Made by a program: the position numbers and the translations under genes
The notes under the pieces: model-generated
Seen by the model: only the letters and a program-made list of their open reading frames with translations
Told to the model about the DNA's origin: nothing
The model's database searches: none
Source: Candidatus Eiseniibacteriota bacterium
GTDB lineage: Bacteria > Eisenbacteria > RBG-16-71-46 > CAIMUX01 > VGJL01
Assembly (NCBI GenBank): GCA_963792585.1
Contig: CAWBWI010000003.1
Span: forward strand, 192,001 to 256,000
DNA length: 64,000 nt
Direction: 5' to 3'
In this document: positions 28,669-39,227 of the stretch, piece by piece
Layout of the letters: each line of letters starts with the position of its first letter
How positions within the stretch are numbered: the first letter of the stretch is position 1

Positions 28669-29421
28669 ATGTCGGCACACAAGAATCTCAGCAGGGGAGT
28701 CGTCCTGGGTCTCTTCATGGCCTGCGCAGCGATCGCGGCACCAGGGGTCAGCCTGGTCGTGGACGGCGACTTCGGCCTTGGGAAGTCGAGCGGTGATCTA
28801 CGAAAGGACTCCAAGGGAGCGGACTGGTACGAGAGCCGCCGAGACGGGGTTGGGCACAAGCTGCTCTTCCTGAGCAAGAAACCTATCACCGGCAACGTCA
28901 CGCCAAAGGCGTTGGTTCGCGGCAACACCAAGGTGAATACCTACCTCTCGCAGCCCTTTACCGCTCCGCAGAAGGGTGATTTCACGATCCAATACGACAT
29001 CCTGGTCAAAGAGATCATGCAGCCGGCCAACCACTCCGCGTTCTTCATGGTCGGAAACTCGAAGGACAAGAAGGGCGGTCCCAATTCCACCGGCACCGAA
29101 CGCTTCGTCTTTCTTGGATTCGAAAACGCTGCGGCAGGAAAGATGAACCTCTTCGCCCGGCCGGGAAAGACCGACTGGAGCCAGAAGAAGACCGTCGCAG
29201 CCGGCCTTGATTTGAACAAATGGTATACGGTCGAGATCAAGGTCCGGACATCTGCAGGCAAGTACGACGTCATGGTGAAGGGTCTCACCCCCGCGCCCGT
29301 GGAGGTCGATGCATTCGCCGCTTCCGGAAAGGCGCCGAAGGAGCTGACGCACCTCAGCTTCGCCTCCTGGAATGACGGCCCGGGAACCTTCTACGTCGAT
29401 AACGTCGTCGTTCATCCTTAG
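28669..29421 (+). CDS. Hypothetical exported Lys-rich protein, probably a beta-sandwich
   Basis: Signal-like N-terminus; LNKWYTVEIKV...YDV.V...FYVDNV is a ConA/lectin-like pattern; SD before ATG 28669. Confidence 0.7.
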   Translation: MSAHKNLSRGVVLGLFMACAAIAAPGVSLVVDGDFGLGKSSGDLRKDSKGADWYESRRDGVGHKLLFLSKKPITGNVTPKALVRGNTKVNTYLSQPFTAPQKGDFTIQYDILVKEIMQPANHSAFFMVGNSKDKKGGPNSTGTERFVFLGFENAAAGKMNLFARPGKTDWSQKKTVAAGLDLNKWYTVEIKVRTSAGKYDVMVKGLTPAPVEVDAFAASGKAPKELTHLSFASWNDGPGTFYVDNVVVHP

Positions 29422-32293
29422 TGGGACGCGCGGGGGCGCGCCGCTAGCAAACGAGCGCGCCCTCGCCGAAGATCTCTCCCGAATCCTCTCCCCCGACCGG
29501 GTCCTCGCGCGACCTATCCAGAGGATCGCGTGGGCATTCGATGCGAGCTTCTATCGCCTGATTCCACGCGCCGTCGTCTTCCCCAAGACCATTGACGAGG
29601 TCCGCTCGATCTTCCGCTTCAGTCGGACGCGACGGATCCCCATGACATTCCGCAGCGCGGGCACGAGCCTCTCCGGACAGGCCGTCAGCGACGGGATTCT
29701 TGTCGAAGTCGCCCGCCACTGGCGACGGGCTCGCGTCGAGGACGACGGGAAATCGATTCGCGTGCAGCCTGGTGTCATCGGTGCCCATGCCAACCTCTCG
29801 CTTCGTCCTTACAAGCGAAAGATCGGACCCGATCCGGCCTCCCTCTCCACCTGCACGCTTGGCGGTATCCTCGCCAATAACTCGAGTGGAATGTGTTGCG
29901 GCGTCACCCGGAACGCTTACCACACGATCCGCTCGATGACGTTCCTACTTCCCTCGGGGACGCAGATCGACACGTCCGATCCGGACGCCGACGTGATCTT
30001 GCGACGCGAGGAACCGGCGTTGACGCGCGGCCTCCTCGATCTCCGGCGAGAGATTCTATCGAACGAATCTCTCTCTGCAAGAATCCGCGCGAAATACCGG
30101 TCGAAGAACACGACGGGGTACTCCCTCAATGCGTTCCTCGACTTCGAGCGCCCGGTCGAGATCCTGCGCAACCTCCTGATCGGATCCGAAGGGACCCTTG
30201 CCTTCATCGCCGAAGCAGTGCTCGAGACCATGGCGGATATGCCGATCAAGCGAACCGGCCTGCTCCTCTTCGCCGATCTGCACACCGCATGCGCCGCGAT
30301 CCCCGCACTGCGCGATGCCGGCGCGGAGGCCGTCGAGTTGATGGACCGAGCGGCGCTGCGATCCGTCGAGACACAGGCGGGAGTACCGGAAGCCATTCGA
30401 TCCTTGCCCGAGGGGGCCGCGGGTCTCCTGGTCGAGTTCCAGGCGGCCGGCGAGGCCGATCGGCCGGAACTCGAGAGGATGGCGGACGCGTCGACTCCGC
30501 GGAACCTGATTTGTCCGCCGCGCTTCACCTCGGATTCCCGGGAGCAAGCCCTCCTCTGGAAGGTGCGTCAGGGAATGCTGCCTTCCGTCGGGGCCGTCCG
30601 AAAGAGCGGCACGAGCGCGATCATCGAGGATGTCGCCTTCCCGGTCGATCGGCTGGCAGACGCTGCAGTCGATCTGACCGCCCTCTTCCGAAAGCACGGT
30701 TACGGGGATGCGATCATCTTCGGCCACGCGAAGGACGGCAACCTCCACTTCCTCATCTCCCAGTCGTTCTCGGGCCCGAAGGAGATCGACCGCTACGCGC
30801 GCTTCATGGATGACCTCGTCGAACTCGTCGTGGGGCGCTATGACGGCGCGCTCAAGGCCGAGCACGGGACGGGCCGCAACATGGCGCCCTTCGTCGAGGC
30901 CGAATGGGGCGGCGAGGCCCTCGCAATCATGAGACGCCTCAAGGGCCTGATCGATCCCGACGATCTTCTGAATCCAGGAGTGATCGTCAACCCCGACCCC
31001 AAAGCGCATCTGCGGAACCTGAAGAACCTCCCCCCGGTGGAAGTGGAAGTCGATCGATGTATCGAGTGCGGCTATTGCGAACCGGTCTGTCCCAGCCGCG
31101 AACTCACCCTGACCCCCCGGCAACGGATCGTTGTCCGGCGAGAACTCGCAAGACTCGAGATCGAAGGCGTCGGGCGTCGCGCCATCGAGTCGATCCGGCG
31201 GGAGTACCCATACCAGGCCGTCGACACGTGCGCCGCTGATGGACTCTGCGCGACCGCATGTCCGGTCGGCATCGACACTGGCGATCTCACCAAGCGGCTT
31301 CGCCATCTCGCCCATTCATCGGCGACCGAGGATATCGCGCGCGGCCTCGCCGAGAACTTCTCCGCGGTCGAGAGCGCCGTCCGTCTCGCGCTCCGCGCAG
31401 GCCACTTCGCGCGAGCCGTCTTCGGACCTCGCGGCATCGTCCAGCCGACGCGACTCGGGGCAATGCTGCTACGACGGCCCCTCTGGCAATGGATCGAACC
31501 CATGCCCCGCGCCGCAGGTGCACGACTGCCTCGAACCGACCGCCTCTCGGCCGTCGCCGTCTACTTCCCCTCGTGCGTCGCAAGGGTTATGGGCGGCCTT
31601 CCGGGAGAACCAGCCGACATGTCGCAGATCGATGCCTTCGTCCGAATCGCCGGACGCGCGTCCCGCCCAATCTGGATTCCCCCCGACGTGCGAGGGATCT
31701 GTTGCGGCGTCCCATTCTCCTCGAAGGGATTCGATGAGGCGCACGCCATCGCCGTCAACCGCGCGATCGGGCGCTTCTGGAAATGGTCGAGCGAGGGATC
31801 GCTTCCGATCGTCGTGGACACGAGCCCGTGTACTCTGGGAATGCGCACCTGCAGGTCGGCTTTGTCGGTTGAGAACCGCGCCCGCTTCGATCGCCTCCGG
31901 ATTCTCGACTCAATCGAGTTCGCCCACGACGAGTTGATGCCGAGACTGACCGTGACCGACCGCGCGCACCGAATCGCCCTCCATCCCGTTTGCTCGGTCG
32001 TGAGACTGGATCTCGCCTCGAAGCTCGAAGCAATCGCCCGCGCCTGCAGCGTCGACGTCGTGGTTCCGACGTTGCCCACCTGCTGCGGCTTTGCCGGCGA
32101 CCGTGGGTTCTTGCACCCCGAGCTGACGGCGTCCGCAACGCTTGTGGAAGCCGATGCGCTGCGCGATCTGCAGCTCGATGGCGCCTACGCGTCGAGTCGC
32201 ACATGTGAGATCGGACTTTCCCGCGGCACGGGCCGATTGTTCCGTTCCTATCTCTTCATGCTCGAAAAGGCAACCCGGGAGCGTTCGGGCTAG
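29372..32293 (+). CDS. FAD- and Fe-S-binding oxidoreductase (Dld-II-like D-lactate dehydrogenase)
   Basis: DASFY...FRSAGTSLSGQ, GPDPAS, KNTTGYSLNA, GHAKDGNLH, KAEHGTGRN, CIECGYCEPVC, CAADGLCATAC, two CCG motifs. Start uncertain. Confidence 0.9.
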   Translation: MTAREPSTSITSSFILSGTRGGAPLANERALAEDLSRILSPDRVLARPIQRIAWAFDASFYRLIPRAVVFPKTIDEVRSIFRFSRTRRIPMTFRSAGTSLSGQAVSDGILVEVARHWRRARVEDDGKSIRVQPGVIGAHANLSLRPYKRKIGPDPASLSTCTLGGILANNSSGMCCGVTRNAYHTIRSMTFLLPSGTQIDTSDPDADVILRREEPALTRGLLDLRREILSNESLSARIRAKYRSKNTTGYSLNAFLDFERPVEILRNLLIGSEGTLAFIAEAVLETMADMPIKRTGLLLFADLHTACAAIPALRDAGAEAVELMDRAALRSVETQAGVPEAIRSLPEGAAGLLVEFQAAGEADRPELERMADASTPRNLICPPRFTSDSREQALLWKVRQGMLPSVGAVRKSGTSAIIEDVAFPVDRLADAAVDLTALFRKHGYGDAIIFGHAKDGNLHFLISQSFSGPKEIDRYARFMDDLVELVVGRYDGALKAEHGTGRNMAPFVEAEWGGEALAIMRRLKGLIDPDDLLNPGVIVNPDPKAHLRNLKNLPPVEVEVDRCIECGYCEPVCPSRELTLTPRQRIVVRRELARLEIEGVGRRAIESIRREYPYQAVDTCAADGLCATACPVGIDTGDLTKRLRHLAHSSATEDIARGLAENFSAVESAVRLALRAGHFARAVFGPRGIVQPTRLGAMLLRRPLWQWIEPMPRAAGARLPRTDRLSAVAVYFPSCVARVMGGLPGEPADMSQIDAFVRIAGRASRPIWIPPDVRGICCGVPFSSKGFDEAHAIAVNRAIGRFWKWSSEGSLPIVVDTSPCTLGMRTCRSALSVENRARFDRLRILDSIEFAHDELMPRLTVTDRAHRIALHPVCSVVRLDLASKLEAIARACSVDVVVPTLPTCCGFAGDRGFLHPELTASATLVEADALRDLQLDGAYASSRTCEIGLSRGTGRLFRSYLFMLEKATRERSG

Positions 32294-34854
32294 CTCCCGC
32301 CTCCCGGATCGGCGCGTCGCGTCCACACGAGCTTAAGCCCCTCGAACCACAGGATGCTCACGACTCCGCCCGTGACACAGATCGTCAGATCCACCGCGTG
32401 CAGCGGTGCGAAATGGAATAGATCGCGGAGGGCCGGAATTCGAAGAACGAGGGTGAGAAACGCTACGGCGCCTCCAAGCACCCAGTAGAGCGCCGTGTTC
32501 CGCACGCGCATCGAAGAGAGGATCGTGCGCGACCAGGAACGATTCGTCAGGATCAATGCCAGGTTCGCTATGATCAATGTGGTGAAGGTCAGGGCGCGCG
32601 CCTCCGCCTCCCCCTGTCCTCGATGGAGACTGATTGCATAAACGGCCAGGACTACGGCGAGAACGACGGCCCCCTGGAGCACGCTCAAGAGGAGCAACCG
32701 ACGACCGAAGATCGGCTCCTTTGGATCCCTGGGCGGACGCCGCATGACGTCCTTCTCCTCCTTCTCCGCCTCGAACACGACGGAGCACGCAGGGTCGATG
32801 ATCAACTCGAGGAAGACGATGTGGACCGGCATCAAGACGAGAGGCCACTGCAGCAGGACCGGGATCAATGACATTCCGGCGATCGGAACATGGATCGCCA
32901 CGATGTAGGCCATCGCCTTTTTCAGATTGTCGTAAATCCGTCGGCCCAGGCGCACCGCCGCGACGATCGATGCGAAGTCGTCGTCGAGCAGGACGAGCGA
33001 GGACGCTTCGCGGGCCACATCCGTCCCCCTTTCGCCCATGGCGATGCCGATGTCCGCCGCCTTGAGCGCCGGGGCGTCATTGACGCCGTCACCGGTCATC
33101 GCCACCACTTCCCCATTTGCTTTCAGCGCGCGAACAAGGCGCAGCTTCTGTTCGGGAACGGCCCGCGCAAAGATCGAGACTCTTTCCACGCTCGCGCGCA
33201 GCTCTTCCTCATCCGTTCGCTGCAGTTCCTGGCCGGTGATGACCGCGTCGATCGGCTCCAGACCGATCGTGCGCGCGATCGATCGTGCCGTCTCGGGATA
33301 GTCGCCCGTGATCAGCACGACGCGGATTCCCGCTGTGCGGCATTCGCTGATCGCGGCTGGGACGGTTGGGCGTACCGGATCACTTAGACCGATCAGGCCG
33401 AGGAATTCGAACTGAAAATCGTGTTGGGCGTCGGGCAGGTCTTCCCGGGCGAATCCCGCCTGCGCGACCCCGAGCACGCGAAGGCCGGACGTCGCCATCT
33501 CCCGAACGGCTTGGATTACCGTCTCCGTCATCGGTTCCCCGATGTGGCACAAATCCACGATCGCCTCGGGCGCACCCTTCGCGGCGACCACGTAAGCTTT
33601 GCCGTCCGGGGATGTCCAAACATGCGAGAGAGCGAGAAGCTCGCGCGAGAGTGGGTATTCGTGGACGAGCGTCCAATCATCGTGCAGGTGCTCGGTCTCT
33701 CCGAGGGAGTGGACTCCCAGTTCCCGTAGGGCCTTCTCCATCGGGTCGAACGGCGCCGACTTGCTCGCGAGGATCCCATACTCGACCAGCTCATGGAAGT
33801 CCTCCGGGAGCGCCTCTGATCGGCATGGATTCACGTCCCAGAACTTCCCGTTTGCGTGAAGGCGACTCACCGACATCCGGTTCTGGGTCAGCGTGCCGGT
33901 CTTGTCCACGCAGAGGACGGTTGCAGCTCCAAGCGTTTCGACGGCGGGAATGCGGCGCGTCAAGACCCGCTTCTGCGCGATCCTCCAGGCGCCGAGCGCG
34001 AGGAAGATCGTGAGAACCACGGGAAATTCCTCCGGCAACATCGCCATCGCCATCGCAATGCCCGCGAGCAGCCCTTCAAGCCAGTCTCCCCGCGACAGAC
34101 CATAGACGACCACGACGATCGCGAAGAGCACCGCCCCGAAGACGGCGATGCGTCGAACGAGTCCGGAGGTCGCCTTCTGCAACCCGGTTTGCTCGGTTTC
34201 CGTCTCCTGCAGTGCCTTGCCTATCTTCCCGAGCTCCGTTGCCGCACCCGTGGCGTGCACGCGGCCGATTCCCTGTCCCTGAACAATCAGGGTCCCGCTG
34301 TAGACATAGGGCAGGTCGTCGCCGCCTGGGCTGGATGCAGTCGGTTCGGGCTCCCCGGTCATCTTACGTACGGGGACCGATTCGCCCGTCAGAAGCGACT
34401 CGTCGGCCGAGAGGCCGATCCCCGTCAAGAGGGTGGCGTCGGCAGGAACGCGATCCCCCTCGCTCAGAATGAGAAGGTCTCCGCGGACGACGTCGCGACC
34501 CGCGATCCGGCGCTGCGCGCCGTCGCGCATCACCAGAGCGCGGGGACTGGAGAGATCTCGGAGCGCTTCGAGGGCGCGTTCGGTCTTCCGCTCCTGATAG
34601 ATCGTAATTCCCATGACGATGAAGACGAAACCGAGGAGCATCATCGCCTCGCGAAGATCACCGAGAATCAGGTAGATCGAACCGCAGGCGACGAGCAGGA
34701 GGAACATTGGTTCGCGGGCCACTTCCCACGCGATCCGGAAAATGGTCCGCTCGTGGGACGAGGGAAGCTCGTTTGGCCCCTCTGCCAGCAGCCGGGCGGC
34801 TGCTTCCGCCCCGGTGAGACCGGTCAAGCTCCGAACATCGATCTGAACCGCCAC
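32290..34854 (-). CDS. Cation-translocating P-type ATPase (type II-like)
   Basis: TGES, PEEFP, DKTGTLT, KGAPE, DP.R, TGD, GDGVNDAPALK. Confidence 0.95.
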   Translation of the reverse strand: MAVQIDVRSLTGLTGAEAAARLLAEGPNELPSSHERTIFRIAWEVAREPMFLLLVACGSIYLILGDLREAMMLLGFVFIVMGITIYQERKTERALEALRDLSSPRALVMRDGAQRRIAGRDVVRGDLLILSEGDRVPADATLLTGIGLSADESLLTGESVPVRKMTGEPEPTASSPGGDDLPYVYSGTLIVQGQGIGRVHATGAATELGKIGKALQETETEQTGLQKATSGLVRRIAVFGAVLFAIVVVVYGLSRGDWLEGLLAGIAMAMAMLPEEFPVVLTIFLALGAWRIAQKRVLTRRIPAVETLGAATVLCVDKTGTLTQNRMSVSRLHANGKFWDVNPCRSEALPEDFHELVEYGILASKSAPFDPMEKALRELGVHSLGETEHLHDDWTLVHEYPLSRELLALSHVWTSPDGKAYVVAAKGAPEAIVDLCHIGEPMTETVIQAVREMATSGLRVLGVAQAGFAREDLPDAQHDFQFEFLGLIGLSDPVRPTVPAAISECRTAGIRVVLITGDYPETARSIARTIGLEPIDAVITGQELQRTDEEELRASVERVSIFARAVPEQKLRLVRALKANGEVVAMTGDGVNDAPALKAADIGIAMGERGTDVAREASSLVLLDDDFASIVAAVRLGRRIYDNLKKAMAYIVAIHVPIAGMSLIPVLLQWPLVLMPVHIVFLELIIDPACSVVFEAEKEEKDVMRRPPRDPKEPIFGRRLLLLSVLQGAVVLAVVLAVYAISLHRGQGEAEARALTFTTLIIANLALILTNRSWSRTILSSMRVRNTALYWVLGGAVAFLTLVLRIPALRDLFHFAPLHAVDLTICVTGGVVSILWFEGLKLVWTRRADPGGGS

Positions 34855-34903
34855 GGCCTCTACCCTCCCTCGCTCCCACGCCCCCAGAGAGGATACAGGC
34901 GGA

Positions 34904-36484
34904 TCAGTGCAACGTCACGATGCGCATCGTGCTCCTTCGTCCATCCGCTCGAAGCCGAACGAGATAGACTCCGGCCGCCAGACCATCGGGGATAGCGATC
35001 GCGCGCTCGCCTGGCCCCAGCCTGCCATTTACCAGATCCAGCACGCGTCTGCCGGTCGGATCGAAGACATCGAGACAGACCGGCCCGTCGATCCACGTTC
35101 GGAAGTGAACCTCGGCGCCAGGCCGGGCCGGATTCTCCGCCCAAAGGCGCGGCGGGTTCGGCCCATTCGGATTCGCAAGGGCGGGACTGAGTTTCGTCAG
35201 GGGGGCGTCGACCTGGGTCCATCCGACGCTGTCAACCGTGACACCCTGCGTCGAGACGTAGTAGCCGGCCGCCGAGACGCTCAAGGTATAGTCGCCCGGG
35301 CGGAGAAGCCTCCAGTAGCGCCCGTATCGATCGTCCGTCATGTGGGGTCCCACACGCTCGCTGTAGGCTTCGTCCACCCTGACCTCGGCAACCAACGGCT
35401 CGCCGGTATCGTTATCCGTGACGAAACCGGTCAGACCGGGACCCGTGAGCGCGAGATCCGCCAGATAGAAGCTCCCCCTGGCTACGCGCGAGGCGATCGT
35501 GTCGACCATCGCGCCCTCCCACCATCCATGCTGGGCGATTTCCATGAGAAGGATGCAGATGCCTGTGTGTGCGTATACCCAGCACTGCTCCTTCGGGAGA
35601 ACGTCGAGGGAGGGGACCATTCCATTGTAATAGACCGAATCGACCTCGGTCTGCGTTAGCTGACCAAGTCTCATCGAGATCGGTTGAAAGTGACGCGTAT
35701 CGGGCCCGAATCCGGGGCCTCCCGCCTCCCGCCATGGCCAACGGATCGTGAGCCCCGGATCCTCCATGAACGGAGAATGATAGTCCATGACGATCACGGG
35801 CAGTTCTCGCAGGATCAGATTGCGGATGGCCACGACCTCCGGTTCCGAGAACGGAGCCGGGCCCCTGTAATAGTAACCACTCGGATCGGTGGAGTCGTAT
35901 TCTGCCCAACGAAAGTCCCAATTACGATTCAGATCAACGCCATCTTCCGGGCAGGTGTACTGCCCATTGTCATCATTATCCCGTTTGTTCTTTCGCCAGT
36001 CGCTCCAGTTCGGAATGTCGCTAAAGACCATCCGGTGCCCATCAACGTTTACGACCGGTACAAACCAGATCTGGAGATGGTCGACCATGTCGGTGACCCT
36101 GGGGTCCTGGCCGTAGTCGGTCAGGAGCCGCTCCATCATCCTCACGATGACATTCGTCCCGTTCGCCTCGTTCGCGTGCTGCGCAGCATGAAAGAGAAGA
36201 GACGCCTCCGGCTCGCGAACGGCGGCATTGTCCGAGATGCGCGCGGCCCAGATCGGTTCGTGTCCGGTCTGCGTGAAACCGATGATCTCTCGATGGAAGA
36301 TGTCGGGGCACTGAACACGCCACTGGCTGAAGAGGGCGAGAACCTCGTCGTAGGTGTAGTAGGCGGGGTCGGGCCCGGCCCCGGGAGCACTTGTATTTCC
36401 CGCCAGAGAGATCACGAGCGCGAGCAGAACGACTCGAAAGCGCCCGCCGATTCTGGTTGTGACCACCCTGTGCATCACCACCAC
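34904..36484 (-). CDS. Secreted M14 zinc carboxypeptidase with carboxypeptidase-regulatory domain and CTD
   Basis: HANE, PVVNVDG, WRKN, GVDLNRNW, FSEPE, DYHS, LLME; G.Y.RLL.PGDYTL; GRRV...GVYLVRL. Start may be 36475. Confidence 0.9.
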   Translation of the reverse strand: MVVMHRVVTTRIGGRFRVVLLALVISLAGNTSAPGAGPDPAYYTYDEVLALFSQWRVQCPDIFHREIIGFTQTGHEPIWAARISDNAAVREPEASLLFHAAQHANEANGTNVIVRMMERLLTDYGQDPRVTDMVDHLQIWFVPVVNVDGHRMVFSDIPNWSDWRKNKRDNDDNGQYTCPEDGVDLNRNWDFRWAEYDSTDPSGYYYRGPAPFSEPEVVAIRNLILRELPVIVMDYHSPFMEDPGLTIRWPWREAGGPGFGPDTRHFQPISMRLGQLTQTEVDSVYYNGMVPSLDVLPKEQCWVYAHTGICILLMEIAQHGWWEGAMVDTIASRVARGSFYLADLALTGPGLTGFVTDNDTGEPLVAEVRVDEAYSERVGPHMTDDRYGRYWRLLRPGDYTLSVSAAGYYVSTQGVTVDSVGWTQVDAPLTKLSPALANPNGPNPPRLWAENPARPGAEVHFRTWIDGPVCLDVFDPTGRRVLDLVNGRLGPGERAIAIPDGLAAGVYLVRLRADGRRSTMRIVTLH

Positions 36485-36534
36485 GCGCCCTCTGCGCCAC
36501 TCGCGGGGCCGGCCCCCCGCGAGGGTATTCGAAT

Positions 36535-37824
36535 CTACCCTCGCATCACGCGGAAGTATCGACGCTTGCCCAGACGGACGAGGGTCTCGGGTCGTCCATC
36601 CCAGGCGGCGAATACGTCCTTCACGACCTCCTGCTCGATGTAGAAGCCACCCTGCTGGATGAGCCGGCGCATCTCGCTCTTGCTGGCGGCGAGCTTCTGC
36701 GGCTCGGTCGCTACAGCGACGTCAAGCCAGGGCGTCCCGGGACCCATCGCGATTGGGACCTTCACGGATTCCACCTCTTCGGGGATTTCCTTGTCCTGAA
36801 CGACCTGACGGAAGTGCTCGGCCGCGCGCGACGATGCATCCTCGCCGTGGTAGATTCGGACCAGATGCGCGGCGAGTTCCTTCTTCACGTCCATCGGATT
36901 GACGCCCCTCTGGCCTAGTCTATCCTTCAGGGAAGAGACCTCCTCGCCGGACATTGCGGTCGCGAGGTCCAGGAAATTCGGGATGAGATCGTCGGAGATC
37001 CGCATCGTCTTGCCGAATATGTCCTCCGGCGCGTCGTTGATGTGGATCGCATTCCCGTAGGACTTGGACATCTTCCGCCCGTCGGTGCCCATGAGGAGCG
37101 GGAGGGTCAGCATGACATGCGGCTTTTCCCCGAAGTGTTCCTGGAGCCAGCGCCCGGCCAGCATGTTGAAATGCTGGTCGTATCCGCCGACCTGCACGTC
37201 GCAATGGAGGGCGTAGGCATCGTATCCCTGCATGAGGCTGTACAAAGTCTCGTGTAGGCGTAGTGACTCGCCTCGCTCGAGGCGCTCCCGGAAATCACGC
37301 CTGCTGATGATCCACTTCAATGGAAACTGCGCCGCGAGTTCCACAATCTCGGCGAATGTAAGCTTCGATAGCCACTCGCCGTTGTGACGAATCTCCGTCC
37401 GCTTCGGGTCGAGAAGCCGAAAACACTGGTCGGCGTAGGTCCTTCCGAGTTCGAGGACCTCCTCGTGGCGGAAACGCTTTCGCTCGCTCGATTGACCGGA
37501 TGGGTCGCCGATCGTGGCGGTGTAATCGCCGATCAGGAAGACGACCTGGTGGCCAAGCTCCTGGAACTGGCGCAGCTTCTGAACCGGCACGAAGTGTCCC
37601 AGGTGGAGATTCGTCGAGGTAGGATCAACACCCAGGTAGACGCGAAGGGGGCGACCGGTCTTCAGCCGATCGGTCAATTCAGTCGTCATCTGCTCGCGCA
37701 GGGACCGACCTTCCTCGGCGTCCGCCTTGCTGAGTTTCGCCGCGGCCTCTCCACCTTCGATCTCGTCGGCGAACAGGGTTCCCCGCAGCAGAATCTCGAT
37801 CTGCTTCTCGACGCTGACCATCAT
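36535..37824 (-). CDS. tyrS: Tyrosine--tRNA ligase
   Basis: GVDPT...HLGH, IGDPSG, YSLMQGYD, GG.DQ, KMSKS, C-terminal S4-like domain. Confidence 0.96.
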   Translation of the reverse strand: MMVSVEKQIEILLRGTLFADEIEGGEAAAKLSKADAEEGRSLREQMTTELTDRLKTGRPLRVYLGVDPTSTNLHLGHFVPVQKLRQFQELGHQVVFLIGDYTATIGDPSGQSSERKRFRHEEVLELGRTYADQCFRLLDPKRTEIRHNGEWLSKLTFAEIVELAAQFPLKWIISRRDFRERLERGESLRLHETLYSLMQGYDAYALHCDVQVGGYDQHFNMLAGRWLQEHFGEKPHVMLTLPLLMGTDGRKMSKSYGNAIHINDAPEDIFGKTMRISDDLIPNFLDLATAMSGEEVSSLKDRLGQRGVNPMDVKKELAAHLVRIYHGEDASSRAAEHFRQVVQDKEIPEEVESVKVPIAMGPGTPWLDVAVATEPQKLAASKSEMRRLIQQGGFYIEQEVVKDVFAAWDGRPETLVRLGKRRYFRVMRG

Positions 37825-38012
37825 CTCCTCCGTCGTTGTTTCGGCGCATCGGTCCGATCGATCCTCTACGGTGGATCGGCCCCGATGGAATCGAAGCGTA
37901 AGTATCGCATGGGGTTCGCACGGGGGTCAAATCGGGTGACCGTGGGCTCGGTCGGGCCCCGGTGGGGTCGCCGCGCTTGCCGCGGCCCCTCAGGCGGCCT
38001 ATTTTCCCTGCA

Positions 38013-39227
38013 ATGGACGGACAGGGGAGGGGCGGGCGGATCGGCGACCTCGGGGTCGTGATGGCGACGTCGGGGGCGTTCGCTTTCGCGGCACTCGCCC
38101 CGATCTCGATCGCCGCATTCCAGATGAGCGCGGGTATCGCGTTTCTGGGGGCCGCGCTTGCGATCGCTTCCGGCCGGTGGTCCTACAGACCCAGCCCCCT
38201 CGACCTCCCGCTGCTCATCTTCCTCGCCGTGGACTTCTTCTCCGCGGTCTTCGCGGTGGACCGAGCACGCGCCTTCCGTTGCATCAAGGGCGACTGGATC
38301 ATCGCCTTTCTTCCGATCTTCGCCCAGGCCTTGCGCACTTCGAGGGACGTGAAGCGCGCATACCGGATTCTGCTCGTTTCTTCGACCCTCGTCGCGGCCT
38401 ACGCAATCCTGCAGATGTTCGCGGGGCGGGATCTCCTCCGCGACCGAGGGCTGGAGTCGATCGGTCCCCTTTACATCGCGACCGGCCTGTTCGGCCACCA
38501 TCTGACCTATGGCGGGTCGGTTCTGATCACAGCATCCCTCGCGGTCGCATGGCTAGTGGGGGCGGCATCCTCACGCGACAGGATCGTCGGTGGCGTCACA
38601 GGATTGATCCAGATCGGTGGCGCAATTGCGAGCTTCGCGCGTACATCTTGGGCCGGTGTCTTCGTCGCGATCGCCGCGATCGCGCTCTCCGTCCACGGAT
38701 GGATTCGCCGCGCGGCAATCGTCGCCATTCTGGCCGGCGTCGCCGGGGCGATCGCGATCCATCCGATCCGGATGCGCTTGGCCGGCGTTCTATCCTTCGG
38801 CGACGACCCGCGGATGCGGCTCTGGCACACCGCGATTCGCATCTGGGAGGCCCATCCGATCCTCGGCGCCGGTCCGGGCAGCTTCAAGTCGCTCTTCGCG
38901 GAATACAAGGTTCCCGGAACCTATATGGCCACCGGCCATCCGCACAACGACTTCCTGAACATTCTAGTGCAGTCGGGCATCCTTGGTCTGGCGGCGTTCG
39001 CGTTCATCTGGATCCGTTACTTCCGTACGATCTCCTCGGCGAGGAGGCGGGTCGCCGACAACGATCCCAGGAAAACCTTGCTGCTGGCCGGGATCGTTGT
39101 TGTTGCCGCCTTCTTCGTGGGTGCGATGGGACAGTGTTTCATCACGGACGAGGAAGTCGGCTGCCTCTTCTGGTTCTTCGTCGCGGGGAGCCTCGTCGTC
39201 GCCCGAGAGGTCACTGATGGGATTTGA
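38013..39227 (+). CDS. O-antigen ligase family membrane protein
   Basis: Multi-TM; SFARTSW, R..LW.TA..IW..HPILG.G.GSF, HPHNDFL.....GILG. Confidence 0.9.
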   Translation: MDGQGRGGRIGDLGVVMATSGAFAFAALAPISIAAFQMSAGIAFLGAALAIASGRWSYRPSPLDLPLLIFLAVDFFSAVFAVDRARAFRCIKGDWIIAFLPIFAQALRTSRDVKRAYRILLVSSTLVAAYAILQMFAGRDLLRDRGLESIGPLYIATGLFGHHLTYGGSVLITASLAVAWLVGAASSRDRIVGGVTGLIQIGGAIASFARTSWAGVFVAIAAIALSVHGWIRRAAIVAILAGVAGAIAIHPIRMRLAGVLSFGDDPRMRLWHTAIRIWEAHPILGAGPGSFKSLFAEYKVPGTYMATGHPHNDFLNILVQSGILGLAAFAFIWIRYFRTISSARRRVADNDPRKTLLLAGIVVVAAFFVGAMGQCFITDEEVGCLFWFFVAGSLVVAREVTDGI

